Origin: Abditibacteriaceae bacterium
Lineage (GTDB): Bacteria > Armatimonadota > Abditibacteriia > Abditibacteriales > Abditibacteriaceae
NCBI GenBank assembly: GCA_031372065.1
Contig: JANMKN010000177.1
Span: forward strand, 1-18,682
Direction of reading: 5' to 3'
Length of the DNA stretch: 18,682 nt
Below, piece after piece: positions 1-6,958 of this stretch. Under the pieces are notes generated by a model. The model was not told where the DNA came from. It saw only the letters and a program-made list of their open reading frames with translations, and did no database searches. Made by a program: the position numbers and the translations under genes. How positions within the stretch are numbered: the stretch's first letter is position 1; every line of letters starts with the position of its first letter.

Positions 1-45
1 CGCGCAGGCGACCAGCAGAATGGGTTTGGCAGAAATGGTTTTCAT
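1..45 (-). CDS. 5' end of a gene running off the window edge; probable secreted protein
   Basis: Reverse complement of 1-45 reads ATG AAA ACC ATT TCT GCC AAA CCC ATT CTG CTG GTC GCC TGC GCG (MKTISAKPILLVACA), a basic then hydrophobic signal-peptide-like start. It lies 95 bp downstream of the co-oriented DUF1501 gene and is preceded by GAGAAG. Confidence 0.55.
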   Translation of the reverse strand, partial: MKTISAKPILLVACA

Positions 46-140
46 GGACTTCTCAACGATTTTGGAAACTCTCAATTTTGAGAGCGCCAAAGCCGCTTTT
101 GTAACGAGAAGTCACACGTTATTCGAGGTTTTGTGTTTCG

Positions 141-1616
141 TCAGGCAAGAATCGGCTGAACAACATTGCCCGAAACGTCGGTCAGGCGGTAGTTGCGGCC
201 ACCGTATTGGTAGGTCAGCTTTTCGTGGTCAATGCCCATCAGGTGCAAAATCGTGGCGTGCAAATCGTGAACGTGAACTTTGTTTTCCGTCGCGTGCCAG
301 CCAAATTCATCCGTCGCGCCGTGAATGATGCCGCCTTTGATGCCGCCGCCGGCCAAAAACATCGTAAAGCCAAACGGATGATGCTCGCGGCCATTATCGC
401 CTTCAGCAGTGGGCGTGCGGCCAAATTCGCCGCCCCAAATCACAAGCGTGTCTTCGAGCATTCCGCGCGATTTTAAATCTTTCAACAATCCGGCAATCGG
501 CTTATCCGTCGAAGCGCAATTGTTGGGCAATTCCTCTTTTAAACCGGCGTGTTGATCCCATAATTGGCAGCTTGAACGCTTGGACGTTTCGGTGTGATAA
601 ACCTGCACGAAACGCACGCCGCGTTCCACGAGGCGACGCGCCATCAGGCATTGGCGACCAAAAATCTCCGTTGTTTTGTCGTCCATGCCATACAGCGCTT
701 TTGTGGCGGCGCTTTCCTTTTCCACATCAAAGGCTTCGGGCGCTTCGCGCTGCATCCGAAAGGCCAGTTCAAACGAGGAAATGCGCGCGTTCAATTGCCC
801 ATCGTCGCGCGTGGCGCCATGCAATTCGTTGAGTTGTTTCAGCACATCCAATTGTTCGCGTTGGCGGTCAAGCGAAAGATTGGGATTTGACAAATTGGCG
901 ATGGGATTTTTCAAGTCTTTGACCAAAGTGCCTTGATAAGCGGCGGGCAGAAAACTCGAACTCCACAGCGGTGCGCCTTGCGCCGGTTGCGCTGGGCTGA
1001 TCACAATAAAACCGGGCAAATTCTGATTCTCGCTGCCAAGTCCGTAAGTCAACCACGAACCCATCGAAGGCCGCGAAAACGCCTGCTCGCCGCTGTTCAT
1101 TTGCAGGCACGCGCCATTGTGATTGATGTTGTCGGCCACCATTGAGCGAATCACGCACAAATCGTCGGCGCACGAGGCGATGTTGGGCAACAATTCGCTG
1201 ACATCAATGCCCGACTGCCCATATTTTTTGAAAGACCACGGTGAAGCCAACAAATTGCCGGTTTTTGTGCGCTCCAAATGAGGCTTTTCAAACGGCAACG
1301 GCTGGCCGTTTTTCGCGGCTAACTGCGGCTTGGGGTCGAAGGTGTCAACGTGCGATGGCCCGCCCGCCATAAACAAAAAAATCACCCGCTTGGCCCGCGC
1401 CGCAAACATCGGCTCCTTGGCCGCTAACGGATTATTAGCGTTGCCATTTGGCGCCGCCGCTTTTGTAACAGCATTTGTAACAGCAGCAGCGCGAGCCTCA
1501 TCCGCTAATAATGCCGATAAGCCAAGCATCCCAAAACCGTTAGCGCAATAGCGCAGCATTTCGCGCCGCGAAAGTTGCGCCGGACGTGCGTTGTGAAGTG
1601 GATGATTACGTTGCAT
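141..1616 (-). CDS. DUF1501 domain-containing protein (sulfatase-like, Tat-exported), 491 aa
   Basis: Twin-arginine motif SRREML followed by a hydrophobic stretch. Family motifs AKRVIFLFMAGGPSHVDTFDPKP, RPSMGSWLTYGLGSENQNLPGF, CLMARRLVERGVRFVQ, WDQH, GEFGRTP, GREHH, VHVHDLHATILHLMG. Directly downstream of a DUF1553 gene, the usual arrangement. Confidence 0.93.
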   Translation of the reverse strand: MQRNHPLHNARPAQLSRREMLRYCANGFGMLGLSALLADEARAAAVTNAVTKAAAPNGNANNPLAAKEPMFAARAKRVIFLFMAGGPSHVDTFDPKPQLAAKNGQPLPFEKPHLERTKTGNLLASPWSFKKYGQSGIDVSELLPNIASCADDLCVIRSMVADNINHNGACLQMNSGEQAFSRPSMGSWLTYGLGSENQNLPGFIVISPAQPAQGAPLWSSSFLPAAYQGTLVKDLKNPIANLSNPNLSLDRQREQLDVLKQLNELHGATRDDGQLNARISSFELAFRMQREAPEAFDVEKESAATKALYGMDDKTTEIFGRQCLMARRLVERGVRFVQVYHTETSKRSSCQLWDQHAGLKEELPNNCASTDKPIAGLLKDLKSRGMLEDTLVIWGGEFGRTPTAEGDNGREHHPFGFTMFLAGGGIKGGIIHGATDEFGWHATENKVHVHDLHATILHLMGIDHEKLTYQYGGRNYRLTDVSGNVVQPILA

Positions 1617-1644
1617 ATTTTCTTGAACCGAGAACTTTTAAATA

Positions 1645-1740
1645 GAACACGGATTTCACGGAAACGGCCACAGATGAACACGGTTTTTTGGATTAAACAG
1701 TGAAAATCCGTGTCGTTTCCGCGTAGCAAAGCTCCGCGTT
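1645..1740. repeat. Short intergenic imperfect inverted repeat with CACGGA/CACAGA motifs (REP-like)
   Basis: ACACGGATTTCAC (1647-1659) is complementary to GTGAAAATCCGTGT (1700-1713) with one bulge. Recurrent CACGGA, CACGGA, CACAGA, CACGGT motifs spaced 9-12 bp apart. Confidence 0.55.
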
Positions 1741-1749
1741 CCATTCGTT

Positions 1750-4700
1750 TTAATCTCGATAAACGAACTCGTTGGAACACAATAAAATCTGGCAATATTG
1801 CGTCCATGTGTTGTTGTCCGGCGTGGCGGTGAATTTCAGGCCGATGGCGATTTCGGCTTCACCCGGCGCGCGGCCAAACAACAGTTGATACAGTTCGACA
1901 AGGCGCGAGCGCGAATCGGTCACAGCTTCGACGCGTTTGGCTAACGCTTGCGCTTGTTCGATGATAAACGGGTCGTTCATCAGAAAAAGCGCTTGTGGCG
2001 CAACGGTTGAAACGGTGCGGCGATCTATGCTGGAATTGGAATCGGCGGCGTCGAATAGCGGGCCGTAGCCAGCGCGGTCAGAGCGAATTGTCGTGATATA
2101 CAACGTGCGGCGCGGCGTTTTAAAGTCGCGCACCGATGGGCCGCCGCGCTGTAAATCCAAGCGGCCCGCCACGAAAAGCAAACTGTCGCGAATCGCTTCG
2201 GCTTCCAAACGTTGCCGGTTCATGCGCCCGAATAAGCGGTTGTCGGCATCGGCGGCTTTGGTTTTGGGTAGCGCCGCGCTGCTTTGCTGATACGTCGCCG
2301 AAAGCATAATCGCGCGCTGCATTTTCTTGATTGACCAGCCGCCGCGCACAAATTCCAAGGCCAGATAATCGAGCAATTGCGGATGCGTCGGGCGTTCACC
2401 TAAAAAGCCGAAGTTGCTCGGCGTGCGCACGATGCCTTCGCCAAAGTGATGCTGCCACAAACGATTAACCAAAACGCGCGCCGTGAGAGGATGTTTTTCA
2501 TCCGCAATCCAACGCGCCAATTCCAAGCGTCCGCTGCCTTTTTCAATGGCAGGTGGCGTGTCGTATTTCAACACCGTCGGGAAGCCGCGCGGCACTTCGT
2601 CGCCGAGTTTGGTGTAGCTACCGCGCTTATGGACTTTGACATTGTGAAAACCTTCGTAAGGCGTGCCGGGAACGCCGCCTTCCTGCGCGGCGTTGGCGTA
2701 TTCCAATGGAGGCAGCGGTTCTTTTTTGAGTGCTTCCAACGCGATATTTTGCGCCAGCAAACTTTCGCGCGCTTCTTTGGGTAGTGCCATTTCATCGTCG
2801 CGATTGTTGATCCAAAACGGGCTGGAATTATCTGCAAGAGTGAAACTTTTTTGAAAATCATCGGCGGCACTTTGGGCTTCTTCTCGCGAACCGTTTATAG
2901 CCTTTTGCCAGCGCGCAAGGGGCGAATCTCCCTCGGTTTTTTTGCCGCGCAGTGTGCCCGCCATGTCGCAAAAGCTCCACACCGCAGCGTTGCCATAAGA
3001 ATCGCTGTGCGGGTTGCCTTTGGCGTTTTCATGCACATCTTTCACGATGTCATGCGCTAAATTCCACGTTTTGTCGCCGCTTTCGATGGTGAAATCAACC
3101 GTTGTTGAATCGCAAACGTGCGAGGCTTTGGGAAGAACCAGCAATTCAAGCGAATCGCCCTTTTGCAGAGCGATATTCATCAGCGTTTCAGGAAGTTTTT
3201 GCGTGCCGCCGTTAGCCACGTCGCCGGACGCGATTTCGCGGCTCACACCGTTCTGACGAAAATCAATGGCCCACGCGAAGCCATCGCCACAAGCGCCATC
3301 GGCGTCAGTAAGGCCGCCTTTGATTTGAATGGTGCCCTCAATGGGGCTTTTCCATAGAATCGCCGTGCCATCTTTGGGGCCGGGATGAAGGTTGACGCTG
3401 CGCGCCGGAATGGTAAACGTTAGCAGTTTTCGCGCTTCGTCGTTGGTGTTCACTAAAAGCGACGGTGTGTCTTCGCCACCGCGAAAACCATGCACGCCGG
3501 AAGTGTTTAGCACGTCGCGCTGCGCCATCGCCATCAATTTATAATCGCCGAGGCCGGTGAAACTTAGCCATTGACGTAAGGCGTGCGGCTGCAAATTATT
3601 TTGCGCCGCGAACTCGTTTGCCGGTAAATTGCTGCGTCGCAAATCGTAAAGCGCCATCAAATAGTGCGCGGTTTGCCCTTGCATGGCTTTTGCGTAGGCC
3701 GCGTAAAAATTATTGGTGTCGGCTTTGAGTTTTTCTTCGCCGTTTTTGAGTTTGGCTTCGTGTTGCGCGCGTTTTTGCAGTTCATCGGGCGATAAAAGCG
3801 CCACGCGCTGAATGCTTTCGCCCGCGCCTTTGGCGGCCATGCCTGCCAAGATATGTGTGCTGAAAAAAATGCCCGCCATGCCGTAATAATCTTTGGTCGA
3901 AATCGGGTCGTATTTGTGATCGTGACAGCGCGCGCAGGCGACAGTCAGGCCCATAAAACCGCGACTAACGATGTCCACTTGATCGTCGGCGATGTCGGTT
4001 TGCACTTTTTCTTTGTCGGCATCGCCGTTGCCCCAGTTGCCGATGGCCAAAAGCGTCGTGGCGACAACTTTTTGCGAATCGTATTTTTCCTGCGCCAAAA
4101 CATCACCGGCGATTTGCTGCGTGATGAATTGGTCGTAAGGCATATCGTCGTTGAAAGCGTTCACGACCCAATCGCGGTAACGCCACGCTTGCGCAATGTC
4201 GCCATCGCCACCGCTACCGCGTGAATCGAGCGAATCGGCGTAGCGCGCCACATCTAACCAATGCCGCGCCCAGCGTTCGCCGTAAGTCGGCGAGGCCAGC
4301 AAGCGGTCAACCACTTTGGCATAAGCATCCGGCGCTTTGTCGTCGAGGAAGTTTTTCACTTCGTCCGGCGTGGGCGGCAGGCCAGTTAAATCAAAAGTCG
4401 CGCGGCGAATGAGCGTTCGCTTGTCAGCCATCGGCGCCGGTTGCAGACCGCGTTTTTCCAGTTCGGCCAAGATGAAATTATCAATCGGCGACTGAATCCA
4501 GCGCTTGGTTTTCACTTTGGGCACAAGCGGCACTTTTACAGGCTGAAACGACCAGAAATTGCGTTGTTCGGACGTAAATCCGTTGGTCGGAGCGGGCGAA
4601 GCGGCACTTTCGGGCCACACCGCGCCGTTTTGTATCCATTGTGTCAGCGCGGCAATGGTTTCGTCGTTTAACTTGCCAGCAGGCGGCATTTTGAGGGTGC

Positions 4701-4998
4701 TATTATAGTGAACGGCGCGAATGAGCAGGCTTTTTTGCGCATCGCCGGGCACAAGCGCCGCCCCATTGTCGCCGCCTTGCAGTATCGCTTCGCGCGAATC
4801 CAAACGCAGCCCGCCTTTTTGCTTGGCCTCGCCGTGACACGAAACGCATTTTTCGACCAAAACGGGCCGCACTTTGGCCTCAAAAAACTCCAAATCGCGC
4901 GCATTCGGCACTTCGGCGGCGCGGGCCTGCGATGCGAAGCCAGTGACGGCACATAAAATGGTGAGGCGACGAAATGGTGAAGGATAAATTATGTTCAT
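1750..4998 (-). CDS. PSD1 and planctomycete cytochrome c domain protein (PSCyt1 + DUF1549 + DUF1553), about 1082 aa
   Basis: Start reassigned to ATG at 4998 (MNIIYPSPFRRLTILCAVTGFASQARAAE, signal peptide). FFEAKVRPVLVEKCVSCHG...GGLRLDS (heme CxxCH), WSFQP, PIDNFILAEL, LIRRATFDLTGLPPT, YGERWARHWLDVARYADS, GLTVACARCHDHKYDPI, SGRLELARWI, NRLWQHHFGEGIV, PTHPQLLDYLA, RLEAEAIRDSLL, PQALFLMN. The ORF-track extension to 5712 overlaps another gene. Confidence 0.93.
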   Translation of the reverse strand: MNIIYPSPFRRLTILCAVTGFASQARAAEVPNARDLEFFEAKVRPVLVEKCVSCHGEAKQKGGLRLDSREAILQGGDNGAALVPGDAQKSLLIRAVHYNSTLKMPPAGKLNDETIAALTQWIQNGAVWPESAASPAPTNGFTSEQRNFWSFQPVKVPLVPKVKTKRWIQSPIDNFILAELEKRGLQPAPMADKRTLIRRATFDLTGLPPTPDEVKNFLDDKAPDAYAKVVDRLLASPTYGERWARHWLDVARYADSLDSRGSGGDGDIAQAWRYRDWVVNAFNDDMPYDQFITQQIAGDVLAQEKYDSQKVVATTLLAIGNWGNGDADKEKVQTDIADDQVDIVSRGFMGLTVACARCHDHKYDPISTKDYYGMAGIFFSTHILAGMAAKGAGESIQRVALLSPDELQKRAQHEAKLKNGEEKLKADTNNFYAAYAKAMQGQTAHYLMALYDLRRSNLPANEFAAQNNLQPHALRQWLSFTGLGDYKLMAMAQRDVLNTSGVHGFRGGEDTPSLLVNTNDEARKLLTFTIPARSVNLHPGPKDGTAILWKSPIEGTIQIKGGLTDADGACGDGFAWAIDFRQNGVSREIASGDVANGGTQKLPETLMNIALQKGDSLELLVLPKASHVCDSTTVDFTIESGDKTWNLAHDIVKDVHENAKGNPHSDSYGNAAVWSFCDMAGTLRGKKTEGDSPLARWQKAINGSREEAQSAADDFQKSFTLADNSSPFWINNRDDEMALPKEARESLLAQNIALEALKKEPLPPLEYANAAQEGGVPGTPYEGFHNVKVHKRGSYTKLGDEVPRGFPTVLKYDTPPAIEKGSGRLELARWIADEKHPLTARVLVNRLWQHHFGEGIVRTPSNFGFLGERPTHPQLLDYLALEFVRGGWSIKKMQRAIMLSATYQQSSAALPKTKAADADNRLFGRMNRQRLEAEAIRDSLLFVAGRLDLQRGGPSVRDFKTPRRTLYITTIRSDRAGYGPLFDAADSNSSIDRRTVSTVAPQALFLMNDPFIIEQAQALAKRVEAVTDSRSRLVELYQLLFGRAPGEAEIAIGLKFTATPDNNTWTQYCQILLCSNEFVYRD

Positions 4999-5072
4999 AC
5001 GCGGCGAGCGAAAATAAAGAATGAAAATAACGCTTGTTTGACCATTGAAGTGTAATCTTGCGTCAGTTGCCG

Positions 5073-5303
5073 CCGAAAAACTCCGATGCCTCGTCTGAGG
5101 TTTCAGGCGAGGCACATGAAGACTTGAGTGCCGCTCCTGAAGTTTCAGATGAGGCACCGGAAAACTCCGGTGGCAGGTCTGAAACTTTGGAACAGGCACC
5201 GGAAAACTCCGGTGCCGCTTCGGAAACTTCGGAACAGGCACTTGAAAACTTCGGGGGCGCCGCTGAAACTTCAGAAGCCCAGCCGGAGTTTTCGGGAAGC
5301 AAT
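5073..5303. repeat. Tandem array of 11 degenerate 21-bp units with a 42-bp super-period, each internally palindromic
   Basis: Units from 5073: ccgaaaaactccgatgcctcg / tctgaggtttcaggcgaggca / catgaagacttgagtgccgct / cctgaagtttcagatgaggca / ccggaaaactccggtggcagg / tctgaaactttggaacaggca / ccggaaaactccggtgccgct / tcggaaacttcggaacaggca / cttgaaaacttcgggggcgcc / gctgaaacttcagaagcccag / ccggagttttcgggaagcaat. No indels. Units 2, 4, 6 and 8 end in AGGCA. Confidence 0.9.
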
Positions 5304-5319
5304 TCCCAAGCTTTTTACA

Positions 5320-5325
5320 AGGAGA
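5320..5325 (+). promoter_or_regulatory. Ribosome-binding site for the 5332 start
   Basis: AGGAGA at 5320-5325, 6 nt before ATG at 5332. Confidence 0.75.
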
Positions 5326-5331
5326 AATGCT

Positions 5332-6039
5332 ATGAAGAATCTGCGGATGTATTTTGAAATTGCCTTCGACGACCCCGAAGAAATCAGCTTTGCCGAACTG
5401 AAAAAGTTCAGCGAGGATCATTTGGCGCGCTTGAGGGCCAATAATGCCAGCCACGAGTTTGACAGCCTGATTGCGGCCACCACAACGGTCTACGATGCCT
5501 ATTTCGGAGGCATCTCCAGCACCGACACCGGCGCGGCGGAGCGCGAAGAACTGACCGGCGATATGGATTTGGCGTTTGAGGCGTTCAAAGCGCTCGTCAG
5601 CCGTCGCGAAGGCACGGTGCGCGGCGAATTTGGTCGGCATTCGGCGAAATATCAGGCCTTTTTCCCGCATGGTATGTCGGAATACGCCAACGCTGACCTC
5701 GCCGACGCGCAAATGCTAATGGATCGCCTCGTCAGCGCTGCCGATGCTAACAAAGCCAGATTGGGGCAGGGCGTGTTGGATGAATTCACCGCCGCACGCA
5801 CGGCGTTTCAAGAGGCGCGTGACGCCCAGTTGGAGCAAAAAGGCGTCGTCTCGGACAGCCGCACCGACCTCAGAGCCGCGCGCAAGGCGCTGGAACGGCA
5901 ATTGACCCTCAACCTGCTGACCTTGGCAATCAAATTCCTCGGCGACCCAGACGCAGGCTTGGCCTTCTTCGACCAATCCATCATCCGCCCGGCGCAAACA
6001 AATGAAGAAACCGCCGGAACTACGCCGCCCTCGCCCTAA
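5332..6039 (+). CDS. Uncharacterised, predicted alpha-helical protein, 235 aa
   Basis: Strong Shine-Dalgarno then MKNLRMYFEIAFDDPEEISFAELKKFSEDHLARLRANN. Ala/Glu/Asp/Arg/Leu-rich amphipathic pattern, YQAFFPHGMSEY motif, C-terminal FFDQSII plus a Pro/Thr tail. Followed by a hairpin terminator. The ORF-track start at 5128 only reads through the repeat array. Confidence 0.82.
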   Translation: MKNLRMYFEIAFDDPEEISFAELKKFSEDHLARLRANNASHEFDSLIAATTTVYDAYFGGISSTDTGAAEREELTGDMDLAFEAFKALVSRREGTVRGEFGRHSAKYQAFFPHGMSEYANADLADAQMLMDRLVSAADANKARLGQGVLDEFTAARTAFQEARDAQLEQKGVVSDSRTDLRAARKALERQLTLNLLTLAIKFLGDPDAGLAFFDQSIIRPAQTNEETAGTTPPSP

Positions 6040-6059
6040 AAAGGCCATCTAAGCACCAA

Positions 6060-6094
6060 AAAGCGCCGCGCATTTTGAAAATGCGCGGCGCTTT
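6060..6094. terminator. Probable bidirectional intrinsic terminator between convergent genes
   Basis: Perfect 17-bp inverted repeat AAAGCGCCGCGCATTTT-G-AAAATGCGCGGCGCTTT, with an A-run on the left and TTTATT on the right, between stop codons at 6039 (+) and 6104 (-). Confidence 0.85.
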
Positions 6095-6103
6095 ATTATG
6101 GCG

Positions 6104-6850
6104 TTACGGCGTAATCGGTTCAGCATTCCAGATTTTAATGTCGTCGAAAAAGCCATCTTTTCCGGCGCAGCCAAATTCAACTTTCGATTTGGTGGCGTGC
6201 GCGATGCCGGACGATTTCAAAAACGCCACGGGCTTGCCGTCCAATGTGGCGCGCATTTGGTCGCCGACAGTTTCCAAAACCAAATCGTGCCATTTTTCCA
6301 AATCAAACTGCACCGGAAAAGTGGCGCTGCGACCTTCGAGAAGTTTGTTGCGCTCATCGCGCTTCGCGGGGTCGTTGTTCATTTCGTAAATATCGTTGCG
6401 CATCGAGCCGTCGCGTTCATCGCGCAGCGTGACGTTTTTCGGCGTGACAACCACGCGGCAAATGTGGCCGTAGTGCGAGCCGGTATATTTGCGGTCATCA
6501 AATTCTGCCGAAAGCGCCGTGGCGCCCGCGAAACGGAATTTTAATTCGATAATGCTGTCTTTGGTCGGTGTGTCGGTGCCGATGACCGCCGCGTGGCCGA
6601 TAACTGCCGGTTTGCCATCGGCGGCGGGCGCATTGACGCGCGTTTGCGTGCCTTTGAGAGCGCCGTTTTCCAGTGCGTAAGTGGGAACAACCGGCCCCCA
6701 CGCCTTGCCGAGTTCGGCGCGCTCAAAGTCGTCGGAGAAAAGCAGTTCTGTCTTTTTGGCAATCGGTTCGGCGGGCACAGCGGGCAAATCAGCAGCAAAA
6801 GCTGGAGCAAGGAGGCAGAAAAGAGGTGCGAGAAGAAAATGAGTTTTCAT
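6104..6850 (-). CDS. Secreted concanavalin A/LamG-like (DUF1080-like) beta-sandwich protein, 248 aa
   Basis: Signal peptide MKTHFLLAPLFCLLAPAFA. LLFSDDFER, ENGALKG, HYGHIC, WHDLVLETVGDQMRATLDGK, GIAHATK, FFDDIKIW match the ConA-like fold pattern common in PVC-type bacteria. Confidence 0.72.
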   Translation of the reverse strand: MKTHFLLAPLFCLLAPAFAADLPAVPAEPIAKKTELLFSDDFERAELGKAWGPVVPTYALENGALKGTQTRVNAPAADGKPAVIGHAAVIGTDTPTKDSIIELKFRFAGATALSAEFDDRKYTGSHYGHICRVVVTPKNVTLRDERDGSMRNDIYEMNNDPAKRDERNKLLEGRSATFPVQFDLEKWHDLVLETVGDQMRATLDGKPVAFLKSSGIAHATKSKVEFGCAGKDGFFDDIKIWNAEPITP

Positions 6851-6958
6851 AGTTGGCTTTTTAAGACAAATGAGTCAACGGCGCAGTAGCGCGGCAGAAA
6901 TTTTTCAATGTGAGACACAACCGCGCGCCTTGACAATCCAATTACACTGAATCAACTC

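Noticed and set aside
5073..5303. CRISPR array or TIGR array
   Set aside because: There is no invariant repeat alternating with unique spacers, the 21-bp period is too short, and I see no cas or Nop-domain gene nearby.
5128..5331. GTG start giving a 303-aa version of the helical protein
   Set aside because: No RBS, and it only reads through the repeats. The strong AGGAGA precedes ATG 5332.
4999..5712. N-terminal 238-aa extension of the 1320-aa ORF
   Set aside because: It is antisense to the 235-aa gene and to the repeat array. The signal peptide and family homology begin at ATG 4998.
5040..6100. Insertion sequence or transposon
   Set aside because: No terminal inverted repeats, target-site duplication or DDE/HUH/recombinase motifs are visible.
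6930..6948. Sigma70 promoter (TTGACA at 6930-6935, TACACT at 6943-6948)
   Set aside because: The boxes are only 7 bp apart, and there is no -10-like hexamer at 16-18 bp.
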